From positions 682,001 to 746,000 of the forward strand of contig BCGN01000005.1 of the NCBI GenBank assembly GCA_001599295.1: DNA of 64,000 nt. Direction: 5' to 3'. The position numbers and the translations under genes are program-made. The notes below the pieces were generated by a model, which worked only from the letters and a program-made list of their open reading frames with translations, searched no databases and was not told the origin of the DNA. Positions 1 through 12,178 of this stretch are shown piece by piece. Numbering within the stretch: the stretch's first letter is position 1; each line of letters begins with the position of its first letter. This stretch comes from Sporopachydermia quercuum (taxonomy: Eukaryota).

Positions 1-1
1 T

Positions 2-163
2 GTTGCTAACTATATCAAGGAGAAAACCAAGAATGCTCAGTTTATTGTTATTTCATTACGAAACAATATGTTCGAGTTAGCACAACAGCTCGTTGGTATT
101 TATAAAGTCAACAACATGACTAGAAGTGTTGCTTTACAAAATAAGGAACTCCTTCATAATTAA
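2..163 (+). CDS. SMC4: 3' end of condensin SMC ATPase Smc4 (partial; gene starts before the window)
   Basis: Frame 2 reads VANYIKEKTKNAQFIVISLRNNMFELAQQLVGIYKVNNMTRSVALQNKELLHN*, stop TAA at 161-163. AQFIVISLRNNMFELA is the Smc4 C-terminal head signature. Not in the ORF track because the start lies outside the window. Confidence 0.93.
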   Translation, partial: VANYIKEKTKNAQFIVISLRNNMFELAQQLVGIYKVNNMTRSVALQNKELLHN

Positions 164-471
164 AAGTGCTCTTGTCATTTTGCTAAGCTGTACTCCCTTT
201 CTTGAACTAATTTATTTCTTACGTTGTCATTTACACGAGAATGTGTTTTGTTTACTTTTTGTTTGTTTATTGTTAATACTATATGTATTAGTTTTATTGG
301 CATTGTGATTATGATATCATAATCACGATAATCGTCTTCCATCTTTCACTAAAAATTTTTATGTAGTATTATTCAATTCAATGTAATATATATAGTTACA
401 GAGATCTTTATAAAACCTGAAATCATATAAGACGATTGAACTTCACTACTGCCTTCTTTTCCCCTCGTTTG

Positions 472-3069
472 TCACACAGCACTCAACGTCCACACTATTC
501 CGCCAACAGCAACACATATAACAACAAAAACTGAGCAAATCACAGTAAATTGATGTCCTAGACCTGGAACTTCAGTTCTCCGTAGAAATAACACGGTTGC
601 AAATCCACACAACAATAGCGAGAATAATAAACCAGTAATAATCAAACCAACCAAGGTTGGTGTCAACACATTAATAGGTGGATTGAGTGATGGATCCGGT
701 TGGGAAGGCGATGAAGTAGATACAATGACCCCAGTGACAATGGCTGATATTAATGCAGATAAAAACAATGCAATAGTATAGAAAAAGGTCAATACAGCAT
801 CATGCTGTTGTACCTTTATTTGATAATAATCAAATTCATCCTGTAATGCATATGAACGAGGCACCACGCCTCTACGATTAGACAACAGTCTATCTGTTTC
901 ATATCCATTATCGTCTTCATCTTCGTCGCCAGTAAATGATGATTGGGATGACGCCGTCTCAATTCCCAACCAGTTCTTTATCTTCTGTTTACCATGATTT
1001 AAGGAACTAGCAATTTTCATCAAGAAATCCAACGACGTATCATTAAAGAAAGAGATTTCACTACCATCTTCTTGTGAGATAAAGAACCCAGGATCGTCTT
1101 CTTCGTCAGGATGATCAAATTCATTCCAGTAACGGATCTGAGAAGGTTGGTTGGCGACTTCTGCATTGTGTTGTTGATTTTTCACAGCTACAGCTAATTG
1201 AGATTTCACTGTTCCATTATTAATGTCGTAGGCACTTTTCCGCTTGACAACAGGACGTTCTGGGACTTTTCTAATATCCGTACCATTATCTAACAAATGC
1301 TGCCAGCTGACTGGGAAACTCAAGGCATCTTGTTTAAATGATGCTATACTCTGTAAAAATAAAGAAAAACCAGGAATACAATAAACTAGATGTGATTTGG
1401 AGAATTGGGTGACCCATTCAGGAGGAGACTTTAAAGAAGGGTGCCATCTGATTTGAAGAACATTATGAGGAAATTGATAACCTGAAGAGTCATCTGCTTC
1501 AAAATCAATGCTCTTTCGTGACTCGTCGTCACCATAAAGACGAATATTAGTATCTAAAACAGCGTGTATTTTAGATTGACCATTACTTTGAGTAAGTGGG
1601 CTATTATCTATCGACTCATATTTCAGCTGGGTAGAAACTGATTTTGCAATTGATGATACTTTTCTTTGTTTAATCCATTGAACAGCCATTCTATCCATAT
1701 TACTCAGTTCATTCAATTCAGCTTGTAATTCTTCATCAGTCTGATCGGTTGATTGTAAAGAGTTATCGACAATCTTGGAAGCCAAAGGCTTTTTCAGTAA
1801 AGCAGTAGCATAACCTCTAAGACCACCTATAGGGGAGTAAAGAAAGTACTCATTGGTGTTCACTGAATCTATCCAACGAACTTGAGCTGGCTCAGAGTTA
1901 TTTTGCAATGAATAGAGCTTTCTTTCGTCATCTAAGTAGACTGTTTTGATTTCTTTACTGCCATCATCAATGGGAACATCCTCATTGTCAATATTTTCAG
2001 TTCCTACAGATGAAGCACCAGATTTTTCAGGCGCTCTAAAGCTTTTAATGGAGATTTTTCTTGTCAAAGAAGTAGTAGAAGCTGACTTTTGAATATGTGA
2101 AGTCTCAGGAGACGCTGCAACTGACATTTCATTAAGAGCTGTCAATGAAAGCTGTGTGTCAGTAACAATATTCATGTATTTTAACAAGTTCAGTTTCACT
2201 TCAACCAGATTGTCGGTGTGAATCCAGAATGTCATGACATTATGGTTGTCTTTACTCGACATATCCGATGGACTCTTGACATTACTACTATCAGACATGT
2301 TAAAAGATAAGAATGTCCTATCAAAATCGTATAAAACAGTTCTGGAATCTTTTGAATGACGAACAGAAGTCAGAATTGGCTGTCTCAGTACATTGTAAAG
2401 TAATGAAAGTTCCAGAACCATTGGTGTAAAGTCTTGATGGGTAAATGATTCAGAAGAATTCAGAATAGGAAGAAACTTGTTTGTCAATCCATCAGAGTCC
2501 GTCCATTTCTTGTATTTCTTTAGCAGCTTTTTGAAAGCCGTGCGTTGAACACCGATAAATCTGGATAAATCTTGAACATCTCGTGATAATCTGTCGACTT
2601 CTTCGCTTAGTTTAATCAGTCTCTTCTTTCTCATACGTTCTTTAATCAGTGTCGATTGTAGCACTCGTCCATCACCTACATCAGTACTATTGGCATTAGA
2701 ATCAACAGTACCATGTGCATTTATTTGAGTGTTGGTATTAGTCGTATCTTCGGTATAGTTGTTTTCAGCAATTGTTTCAATGCTGGTTTGACTTGTTTCG
2801 TGCCCAGAAGTACTCAGTGCTAGCAATTCGACAATATCTTCACAGTGTTCGATTCTTCTCACGATCTCACCAGACTTGGACTTAACAAACAATGCAATTA
2901 AATCAAACTGTTCCTTGAACGCCTTAAACAATTTCTGCTCTGCCTCCTCTCTGGGCATAACAGAGTTCGACGTGTACTTCCTTATTAACGTTTTCAGCTC
3001 AGTGTAATCCACGTTGTAAGCTCTCCATTGTGGAACAGACCGAGCATTGATAGACGCTCCATACTTCAT
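472..3069 (-). CDS. VTC5: SPX-domain vacuolar transporter chaperone accessory subunit (Vtc5-like)
   Basis: First ATG at 3069 gives the SPX start MKYG..VPQW..YNVDYTELK and later FKKLLKKYKKW. Central VTC-like region (FWIHTDNLVEVKLNLLK), RYWNEFD motif and three C-terminal hydrophobic helices. Confidence 0.85.
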   Translation of the reverse strand: MKYGASINARSVPQWRAYNVDYTELKTLIRKYTSNSVMPREEAEQKLFKAFKEQFDLIALFVKSKSGEIVRRIEHCEDIVELLALSTSGHETSQTSIETIAENNYTEDTTNTNTQINAHGTVDSNANSTDVGDGRVLQSTLIKERMRKKRLIKLSEEVDRLSRDVQDLSRFIGVQRTAFKKLLKKYKKWTDSDGLTNKFLPILNSSESFTHQDFTPMVLELSLLYNVLRQPILTSVRHSKDSRTVLYDFDRTFLSFNMSDSSNVKSPSDMSSKDNHNVMTFWIHTDNLVEVKLNLLKYMNIVTDTQLSLTALNEMSVAASPETSHIQKSASTTSLTRKISIKSFRAPEKSGASSVGTENIDNEDVPIDDGSKEIKTVYLDDERKLYSLQNNSEPAQVRWIDSVNTNEYFLYSPIGGLRGYATALLKKPLASKIVDNSLQSTDQTDEELQAELNELSNMDRMAVQWIKQRKVSSIAKSVSTQLKYESIDNSPLTQSNGQSKIHAVLDTNIRLYGDDESRKSIDFEADDSSGYQFPHNVLQIRWHPSLKSPPEWVTQFSKSHLVYCIPGFSLFLQSIASFKQDALSFPVSWQHLLDNGTDIRKVPERPVVKRKSAYDINNGTVKSQLAVAVKNQQHNAEVANQPSQIRYWNEFDHPDEEDDPGFFISQEDGSEISFFNDTSLDFLMKIASSLNHGKQKIKNWLGIETASSQSSFTGDEDEDDNGYETDRLLSNRRGVVPRSYALQDEFDYYQIKVQQHDAVLTFFYTIALFLSALISAIVTGVIVSTSSPSQPDPSLNPPINVLTPTLVGLIITGLLFSLLLCGFATVLFLRRTEVPGLGHQFTVICSVFVVICVAVGGIVWTLSAV

Positions 3070-5433
3070 GATCAATAACTGACTTATGCCAGTTTCAAAT
3101 ATGAAATTCAGCTATTTCTCACAATACAGCTTTAGTCATACACTACAACAAAAAAGACCTATCAAACCGTTGGCTATAATATATATCCTTTGTGTTCTCT
3201 TTGTCAATAAATGGATACATATCCAATAGGCCTTTTTCCTAGGTAAAAAAAGATAAGCAGGCAGCAGCACTCCCTATTGTACCTATTTAGCTATCTCTGT
3301 TGTACTGATAACGCTTGTTCACTACCTATGTTATCTCGATCTCTTTGTCGCTCTTATTTCCGTTCTTCTTAGCTCTTGAAAAATATTTGATGGATATTTG
3401 ACTATGCATTCATTCATCGTATTATATTCCAGGTATTTCAATTAAATAGAGCACAACAATCAATTGGATAAGAGCGTTTAGCGTAGACACAATATTCCCA
3501 GTCACTACTATTCTATGCCATAAAAACTTTAATTGTGGTAGGGGGAGACATTGGAGACGCACCTTAATTAAGGGTTTCCCTAGTAAGAAAGTTTGAGTTT
3601 ATATGTTAATCGGATGAGATGCGATGCGAGGCTGGGAAGCCAAGAATAAATGGAACAAGAGAAGAGAGACAGGAAAGAAGTACATGGTAAGCAACAGCAG
3701 GTGGTAACGTTAATAAGAACGCTGTAAATCCTAAAAGGTGATAAATTGCTCCAAACTATACTGTGACAATTTTCTATCGTTTAAACTTCCTTTCATTCCT
3801 TTCTCGAGATCCTTTCAAGGAAGAAATTGAACTTTGCAGCACATGTTAGCCATAATAAAAACGTTAATTAAATAAGGTTACAAAATTGGTCAACATTTTA
3901 GTGGAATGAAGGGAACTTTATTTTTTATTATTCGTTTACAGAGAAAGGAGTAGAAAAGAAAACGTTCTAATTTCAAGGCATTATTATGCCAAATTGGTTG
4001 AATACTTATTTGAAGTTAATTATATACGAGTAAATGCTCGTGACATTAGGTTGAATTTTATTAGCTTCAGAGTATTTGCAGTACTAAAATACAAAGAATT
4101 ACACACTCTTTACTGCGTAAATCTTACCACTTCACATCTTAATTGACTGTTATTCACCGTCCTTGTAGCTAAGGCCAATTTAAAACAAGCTCGGAACTGA
4201 AACTTTCCATTGTGCCGTTATTTTCAGAACCTTAGCCTAGTACATATCACCACATGTGTCCTGGCTTGAATTAGAAAGTGTTTCCTAATCAGCCGTTGAA
4301 ATAGTTCCATAAAATGAATGTATAAAGAGTATGAATCTTGGTTTATTTAGAGATGGAAAATGGATCCTCATGGGGCTTGCCAAGAGGACGTTCGAATGAA
4401 TGGTCGCTGGCCTACTGCAAGTGAAAAAAATAGTTGGTGAGTCGTTGTTATTGTCATATGGTTGATACTAAAAATACACAATAGATTAGAAAATGGGAAA
4501 TCATTTTAGAATCCATGCACACAAACTGTCATCTACTACTTATAACTGGAATCTCAAATCTTATATTTAGATTTTAATTTTCTTTTCATTTTAACTGAAT
4601 ATTTACTCTTACCAATAATTAAGCATATACCATTCCAGCCGTAGAGTCACATTTATGTGCATGGTCTGTAGTTTGTTATTCGTTGAGTATTAAGGAACTC
4701 AACACAGCGATGAACAACCGGTATTAACCGGAAGATGTTCTGTCTCTTCCTTTCATTTTGTCTTTAAAACCAACACCATTCAATAACCAATGCGAGTACC
4801 TAATTTCAATTCTATATATTGTCTTCATAATCATTAAGTAGTCAGAATTAAAGCCGTACAAGCAATTTCCAGCTATGGGTATTAGGCTCTATTACCATTA
4901 ATGTTAAATTCATAAAATTCAATAAGTAAATATATAAAGTGGTATAGTGATCAACCCAAACCAGTGCTTTCTACCATAGGAACAACAACGCTGCATGTAA
5001 CTTCCATAGGATAACAAAAACGTTTACAAGATCCTCATAAAGCTAATACCGATTGAGGCTCCACTATTCCGTCTCCTGAGGTCAAACAATACACCGAAAA
5101 GGAAATAAATCACTCTGAGCAGTGAAATCCCAATATATTAGCTCCCCAGGGTATCGGTGCCGTTAGACGGCTTCAAATATGGCTTAAAAATAGGTTCTTA
5201 ATATCATATCCTGTTTACTAATTATTGATGAAATATAATTAGCAGTCTACCAAGAGTTTGAACTATTTGTTTAATTAGTTTTATAAGATCTATAGTGGCA
5301 ATACTAGTACTAAAAATACTAATAGTAACAACAATAGTGATTGTAGTAATAAACTAATGAGCAAATTATATCGTTGGTTCTAATGAAAAATGCTTAGCCT
5401 CTGTAACAGTCTAGAGTAGTTTTCGACCAAATT

Positions 5434-6879
5434 CTAATTCTCTTTTGAACCATAACAATAAGCATTTTTCACTGTCTGATGGCAACACCTGTAGCCCCAT
5501 TGTCCATCTATCCAATAAGAACCCCACACACTTGAATGGTTCCCAGGGAAGACGTCTTCAGCATATTTCGATTTAACAAGAGTAGCATTTCTATCATCAA
5601 TATCATTGCTACCATTATTAGTATTATTTTTATAATTATCAGAATCATTAGTATTATTAAAAAGTTTGATCTTTCCTTTCGAATCATATTCAACGAACTT
5701 TTCTTCAGTTTCCACTTTTAGTTCTATAGGTTTCTCTTTTAGAAATGAATCATTTCCGTATTTCTTACTCAGTTCTTCCTTCAATGCTTGTTTTTTCAGA
5801 TTAGCTTCCTCTTGCAGTTTTTTTAATTCAATCAAACTTGCAGTTGGTGCGGCCTCTAATTGAATTTGTTTATCTTTTTTACTAATACTAGCTTCATTTA
5901 TTTCCCATGCTAATCTTTTCAGTTTCTCGAATTCTTCTGCTTCACCGTTAAGTTTTCGAACATACATGTCATCATCGTTGATAAAACCATAGTCATCGTT
6001 TTTACGCAATGTTCTAGTTTTAGGATTATATTCAACGGAGCTTTTTTCATTTGCATCGTCTGGTCTTGATAATGGTTTTAAGGTTTTCAAATAAACAGCA
6101 ACATCTTCCCTTTCTCTCAATGTTTTGATAGTTGACTGCTCTTTTCCTGGTTCTGCTTGCTTGTGCTTCTCGTTTTGCTTCTTTACTAACTCGGCAATTG
6201 CTTCTTCATTTGATTCATCGAATTCATCGAACTCGTCAAACTCATCAAGTTCATCCAAATCAACAGTCTCTTGACCGTTAGATCCCGTTTCAGTTTCTGC
6301 TACTTCTTTAATAGCTTTTTCTATTTTCCTTTTCTTCTCCTCTTCTTGTTTCTTCTTCTCTTGGTCTTCATACCTTTTCAACACTTTAGTATAGTCACCA
6401 ATATCATACGTGCTCCATTGATCTCTTTTCTCATCCCATGAATTTCCCCGTTCGAATTCATGCTGTGTCATATCATCTAAGACTACTTTAGCATCTACTC
6501 CTGTATACTTTGAACTGATCTTCCTTGGTCGTTCCAAGCAGTCTCTAGTTTGATGTTTCATACTACCACAATTAGCGCAGGCTCCTTTTTGAAATTTCAT
6601 TCGTTTCCTTATCGCTTTTTCATTTTCTGTAGATACTATACTTCCAACAGCAGCTCTTTTCAAAGCATCTATTTCTGTTACTGACTCTTCCGGTGCTCTT
6701 TCCGTTGTTCGTTGATGTCCTAAGTAGTCACCTGACTCATCCTTCTCAGCGTACCATGGTGCATTAGTGATGTATTTTGGGATATATGGATTGATCTCTC
6801 TTCCCGTAGAATCATATTTTATTTCTTCTCCAGCTCTTCTTCCTCTCAAATATACTGAATTCTTTTTATCGCTACTCAT
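5434..6879 (-). CDS. SLU7: Pre-mRNA second-step splicing factor Slu7
   Basis: NPYIPKYITNAPWY, zinc knuckle CANCGSMKHQTRDC, WDEKRDQW, LREREDVAVYL, YNPKTRTLR and C-terminal GNHSSVWGSYW..WGYRCCH. Confidence 0.95.
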   Translation of the reverse strand: MSSDKKNSVYLRGRRAGEEIKYDSTGREINPYIPKYITNAPWYAEKDESGDYLGHQRTTERAPEESVTEIDALKRAAVGSIVSTENEKAIRKRMKFQKGACANCGSMKHQTRDCLERPRKISSKYTGVDAKVVLDDMTQHEFERGNSWDEKRDQWSTYDIGDYTKVLKRYEDQEKKKQEEEKKRKIEKAIKEVAETETGSNGQETVDLDELDEFDEFDEFDESNEEAIAELVKKQNEKHKQAEPGKEQSTIKTLREREDVAVYLKTLKPLSRPDDANEKSSVEYNPKTRTLRKNDDYGFINDDDMYVRKLNGEAEEFEKLKRLAWEINEASISKKDKQIQLEAAPTASLIELKKLQEEANLKKQALKEELSKKYGNDSFLKEKPIELKVETEEKFVEYDSKGKIKLFNNTNDSDNYKNNTNNGSNDIDDRNATLVKSKYAEDVFPGNHSSVWGSYWIDGQWGYRCCHQTVKNAYCYGSKEN

Positions 6880-7563
6880 TCTAGCACCATTTGATTGAAT
6901 CCTTTCTATAATCTGCTGAGTTGATTGTGTCTATTACGAGTCTGTGTGCCTCCTGCATAGAGATGAATAGCGGTATGATTAAAGCAGTAAGGAGCGGAAA
7001 TAATTTCTGCAGATAATAGTAACTGATGGCAAAAATTAACCAAAACGCAACCTTTTGTAAATAGTAAATAACATTGTAGCAATATCAATAGAGCTTTGTT
7101 GGTGTGAGCGCAATAGGCAATAGTGCGGAAGTAGATAGATGCTTTCTCAGTTAAGGCTTTTTCATATGAAAATGTTAAGAAGAGGAGCCGATGAATACGG
7201 AATAAATACCTCATTATTTCCGATATTTTGGAGAAACAAGTTTAAAGTTTGAAAGTACATATTCAGTGCAGATCTTAGTGGAATTTTAATACTGTGTCAT
7301 CCCCATTAGGGAGTTGAAAATACTCATATGCATTAAGTATAAACCCTATTTAAGAACACTTCACTCCATTTAGCTCCAGATAATATAAACCCAATCGCTC
7401 CTTCAGTCAGCAACCAATTTCCTTGCGACCGGACCTACTAGGATAATTACTTCCTTATCAAAAGAACTAAAAAAAGAAAACTTTAGTAGTAGGGTACTAT
7501 TCTCAAAAACTTCTCTCCAAAATTATACCATCAGATACTAAAAATACCGATAGACAAAACTCA

Positions 7564-10500
7564 TTATAAAGTAACACTACTAGCCAATGACTTCTCATCA
7601 AATACTGATTCTGCATATACTGACTTACTAGCACTATCAAATGGATTGGATGTTTGTTGCATTTGTTTTGGGTTCAGTATTAAACCATCATCAAACCGAC
7701 TATTGAAATCATCCTGTTCGTCTTTATTTGATANTTTACTGAAACCCTTCCGAAGTCGATAATGAGACTTGTACAGAAACTTTACTCCATCCATAATTAA
7801 GTATGCACCTGATCCTAAAGCTCTGAATAACGCTAATGCAGCCACACTCCAAAGAATAAATTGCAAGTAATAATTCTTTGCTACTGAATGCGCAGGGAAG
7901 ATTTCGATGATAATCATAATCAACAACAAATTAGCAACAAGCCATCCAAGGACTACTCTTGTTCTTATATCACGGTAATAATCTTCAGGGTGAACATTCT
8001 GATTAACTTCAGTCTTTTGCTTGGGTCTCTTTCTTGTATCACGAAGATTGCATAGTGCTGTTTCGTATCCACTATCAATATCTAATTGTTCAGAAGGAAT
8101 TTCCAATTCAACAATATCACGTCCAAAATGATTCTTGACTATCGCTGACCCCAGACTTGCTGTTGGGGTATTATCACCTTTAGTACCCCAAGAAACATCG
8201 TGAGTATTGCAGAATGCATAAATCTGTAACGTACATACGTAACAAGGAATCATAAGAAAGTATTGAATAGCACAGGTTAACATATGCCATGGGTCAAGGT
8301 ATAAGAATGACATAATAGTGTACAAACCATATGTTGATAACAGGGCAATAATGATTGAAATAAATGTATAGTTATCGTCAACTGAATCATTTCCTTTGGA
8401 TACCAAAGCACCAATAACAAAATAGAGACCAACACCTGTTGCATAACACGTGCAAATAGTCAAAATTGTCATGAGAATAAAGAAAATATGTTTAGCACCT
8501 TGAGGCCTATTACCCATCGAAACGATAAACAATGCTGCCAGATCGCATATGCATGTATATTTGAATATTAAGAACAACCAATGTCCTGCTGGTGTATCAC
8601 TAATACTACCTGAAAGGAAATAGAATGTCAGAAAAAAGTTCCCAAGCTGGAAAAGAGAGAATAACAATTGAACAAATTGATAAATGAATTCAATATGAAG
8701 AAACGTCTTTCGTGTAGCTGAATGATCAGTTTTCCATACTTGTCGGAAATGTGAAAGTGAATAAACAGCTGCAAATAATGCTCCATTTAGCCATCTTCTT
8801 CTTTGAGAGATAAACTCGGGAATTGACTCAGGAACATCAGTTTCACCAGTTGCAGCTCTAACGTACTTCAGGACCCATTTTTCTCCTCTTTTAGCAACCA
8901 ACTCCCAGCATAGGATTCTATCTTCTGCCAAATACATATTTGCAGTAAATACATCTTGGTTTGGTCCATCAAATAGCTCACCTTTGAAGTATGAATTCAA
9001 TGGACCAGTACCATCTTCTAGATTAGCTAATGCGCTGTATCTATATGCAGATAAGGCACCAGGAAGTACTGTTATGTAACCGAACATGCTTTCTAGAGGC
9101 TTATCTAAGATATTTGACATCTTATACTCAAAATTTTGGGCAGCAACTAAAGGGTTTATAAGGTTCCTCCATCCTTTACCTTTGATTGCCTTAATTTCAC
9201 CTGCTGCTCCTGCAACATTTGAATCAACATCAAACGCTTTCCACAATTGATATACTGCTTGATTGTTTGGTTTCGTACCCACATCCAATAAAACACATAC
9301 ATTCGGATTCAATATAGGACCAAAAGCATTAAATAGCCATCTATGCGAGTTGATTTTTTTGGCATTCTTTTCCTTCAAACAGAAAAGAATTTGAACTGGA
9401 ACAATTCCCTTTTCTGCTCCTTTGAATGTCAATTCGTTATCTAAACTTACTTGGGTTGTGTACTCAAAAATATGTGCTTCAACTGGTTTGCCGTTGACAA
9501 AACTTTTAGAGATACCATCTTGATAAACTCCCATTGCAGCTAGTACGTCTAAGACTCCAGGATTGATTTTAGCTCTACCGTCAGCTACTATAACAACTTG
9601 GACTTTCTTCCAAGAGTCTTTGCCCCAGATTTTGCTTTTGTTCCTACCACATAAATATGCAATGTTCTTCATAACTGCATGCATAGTTCTAGTGAAAGAG
9701 TAAACATCTTCATTATACATAGTAATGCATACAGCTAGTTGAATTTCTCTTTCTAAAATAGCAGGTCTGAGAGTAAACCCGCTTTCACCAAACATATCCG
9801 GATCACAGGTTGCAGCAGTGTATCTCATGTAAAGGAATTCATCTTCATCACGTCTAGGAAGGAAACTAAATAGTTTAGTGGGAACAGGACAAGTTAATAC
9901 CAAGTTCCCATGAACTAATTTCACTTGCTTACGAGCCATTGATTTTTTCCTTCTAGGAATAGCACCTTCAGGTGCTTGGAACATTAGGTCATCTAACTCG
10001 TTTGAATCTTGGACTGTTTCTGCAGTGTCAAAACTGTCACATCTCTCGTCAAGGTCACTGTACTTTGACGATATACCATTAGGTAAGTTTCTTGGGTCAG
10101 TTGAGTCGTCAACTGGGGTATCATATCCATCATCATCATTATGATCAAAAACTCTTTGGTATGTAGTTTTCTTGTCGTTGTTGGAATCATTGATTCTATA
10201 AACATATGGGTGTTGGTACTCAGCATTGTTAAAGTTCGTATTGGTTTTAGCTCCTGAATATTCAACATCAACGAACGGATCATCCTGGGGACCTGCAACT
10301 GCGTTTATGTCTGCGTCTGTATCTGTTAAATCAATCGGAATTCTTTCTGTATTTTGACTTGCGTATTGATACGGTTTAGAATAAGGAGAATCTGATCTCA
10401 TTTGAGCCTGTGATGGTTTTGGAGGTGATAGAATTCGTTTCATGGGATAACCAAAAGTTGTTTCAAGTGCAGATTTTGGCGCTTGTTTATTAGGAGAAGA

Positions 10501-10905
10501 ATAGCTTCCTAGGTCCACTTCAACTGGTTCATATGTTTCACGAACAAATTCATTGCTAATTCTAGTATTCTCATCATTGTCATTGGTACTGAAGCTGACA
10601 TTCTTGGTGACATTTCGTGGAGATCCAAACGTTGGAGGTGCCAAATTCAAATTTTTCAGTCCAGGAAATCCATTGTTTCTTCTGACTGGTGAAGGCGAAG
10701 CAGAAGGAGATCCACCAAATCTAGCTGTAGGACTGTTATTTCTTGATTTGTTTCTGGTGAAGATAGAAGGAGACAGTCTTACTGGAGAGGAGGCATCACC
10801 AAATCTCGTAGGACTTTTCCTTACTTCTGGAGGTATTTGAATGTATGGTTGATTTTCAAACCCATTGAAAGGATTTTCTGTTCTTCTGTTATTGGGGTCC
10901 GTCAT
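7564..10905 (-). CDS. CHS2: Chitin synthase, class II (S. cerevisiae Chs2-type)
   Basis: Catalytic motifs LAEDRIL, QRRRW and SWGTKG; class II-like [11 protein letters not shown] and [10 protein letters not shown]; several C-terminal TM helices. The disordered N-terminus is rich in S-P-x-R/K CDK sites. Confidence 0.88.
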   Translation of the reverse strand: MTDPNNRRTENPFNGFENQPYIQIPPEVRKSPTRFGDASSPVRLSPSIFTRNKSRNNSPTARFGGSPSASPSPVRRNNGFPGLKNLNLAPPTFGSPRNVTKNVSFSTNDNDENTRISNEFVRETYEPVEVDLGSYSSPNKQAPKSALETTFGYPMKRILSPPKPSQAQMRSDSPYSKPYQYASQNTERIPIDLTDTDADINAVAGPQDDPFVDVEYSGAKTNTNFNNAEYQHPYVYRINDSNNDKKTTYQRVFDHNDDDGYDTPVDDSTDPRNLPNGISSKYSDLDERCDSFDTAETVQDSNELDDLMFQAPEGAIPRRKKSMARKQVKLVHGNLVLTCPVPTKLFSFLPRRDEDEFLYMRYTAATCDPDMFGESGFTLRPAILEREIQLAVCITMYNEDVYSFTRTMHAVMKNIAYLCGRNKSKIWGKDSWKKVQVVIVADGRAKINPGVLDVLAAMGVYQDGISKSFVNGKPVEAHIFEYTTQVSLDNELTFKGAEKGIVPVQILFCLKEKNAKKINSHRWLFNAFGPILNPNVCVLLDVGTKPNNQAVYQLWKAFDVDSNVAGAAGEIKAIKGKGWRNLINPLVAAQNFEYKMSNILDKPLESMFGYITVLPGALSAYRYSALANLEDGTGPLNSYFKGELFDGPNQDVFTANMYLAEDRILCWELVAKRGEKWVLKYVRAATGETDVPESIPEFISQRRRWLNGALFAAVYSLSHFRQVWKTDHSATRKTFLHIEFIYQFVQLLFSLFQLGNFFLTFYFLSGSISDTPAGHWLFLIFKYTCICDLAALFIVSMGNRPQGAKHIFFILMTILTICTCYATGVGLYFVIGALVSKGNDSVDDNYTFISIIIALLSTYGLYTIMSFLYLDPWHMLTCAIQYFLMIPCYVCTLQIYAFCNTHDVSWGTKGDNTPTASLGSAIVKNHFGRDIVELEIPSEQLDIDSGYETALCNLRDTRKRPKQKTEVNQNVHPEDYYRDIRTRVVLGWLVANLLLIMIIIEIFPAHSVAKNYYLQFILWSVAALALFRALGSGAYLIMDGVKFLYKSHYRLRKGFSKXSNKDEQDDFNSRFDDGLILNPKQMQQTSNPFDSASKSVYAESVFDEKSLASSVTL

Positions 10906-11346
10906 TTTCAGCTGGAACTAGTGGAATAAAGCAAAGGCAATAGTAAACAATTGCTAGAATGATTTCAATCCTATTGAAAGCAGAGTTACCCCCTAGTAGT
11001 ATCCAATAAACAGGATTTGCTGATTTGTTTCTTGAGCGCTCTAACTAGCTTTCTAACTGGATGTCTGGAAAGTGCTCCTTAACTTCTTCTGAAAGATATA
11101 TAGAACCACCTACTTAATGAGTAGAATGATATGGAAAATCTGCTACTAACAAACAGGAACAAAACTGACTAACCAAAGGGTGAGATATTATAACTATATG
11201 GGATCTAGATAACAACTTGTGTTTGCTATGAATCCAGAGAGCATAGGGCTAAGCTGTAATAACTAATGGCAGGTTTATGGAAAAGAAGCAACAACAGATA
11301 TCGATTAAGTGATTGATTGCTTAAGAATTTCTTTGATATTTATGTC

Positions 11347-11385
11347 TTCCCTTTTTGGGATGAGTAAAGAAGTTTCCTAATTAGG
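11347..11385. promoter_or_regulatory. Mcm1 (MADS-box) site(s) upstream of CHS2
   Basis: Perfect palindrome CCTAATTAGG at 11376-11385 with a TTT flank, and a second CC-N6-GG-like site TTCCCTTTTTGGGA at 11347-11360. Confidence 0.5.
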
Positions 11386-12178
11386 GGTATTGCATAAATA
11401 TGCATAGATCATGCATAACAATACATGAGGGTATTTGTTTGTGGAGAATGAAAGAAGGAAAAGTGAAATATTGATTGATAATGAGTAAAAGAATTGCTGA
11501 TATGATATATTGAGAAATTAAATGGATACTTGATTAGGATTGTAGCAACAATTGATGTAAGTACTCAATTATTCAGCTGTCTATGTATATGAAAGATAAT
11601 CCTTCGACATCGTCTTAAATGGTCAGAGAACCAACTAACTTCTCTGCTATGTTCATGATGGGGTCATTGACTTATTTATTAACTAAAGATGATTCAAATA
11701 TCTTTACAACTTAATAAAATTCTTATCAAGTAAACTTGGAATAAATATTTGCTATGTTTACTCATATTTTCTACATCCTTTCTCCATAAAGGCTTATCCA
11801 AAAAATACCAATAGTGTCCTAATTTGTCACGTGAACTTTATTGTCCCAATACTCTTACTCTCATTCTACTCGGACAGTTTAATGATTTTCACCTGTCTCC
11901 GGACAAAATGGTATCAGGTTTTCTCCCAATTCACGGTCATCAACCACTATTAGGATGATATTCAACTGTTATGTCTGGATGTATGTATATACGTTATCTC
12001 AGTTCTACCTCAACTAATAGATTACTAGCAAAAAGGTCTGATTATATACAATTTCCTATCTTTCGATTAACACTAGTGTAATCAGATAAAATTAACCAGC
12101 CGAAGCAGATCAATTCATTAAACGGCTCAAACGTTATCCTTTAGCATTTCCCACTGTTCATTTAACTAGTTTTTCATC

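Noticed and set aside
126..308. 60-aa hydrophobic ORF
   Set aside because: It overlaps the SMC4 stop and its T-rich 3' UTR and has a non-ATG start.
5069..5085. CCGTCTCCTGAGGTCAA resembling part of U4 snRNA
   Set aside because: The U6-pairing stems, kink-turn and Sm site are absent.
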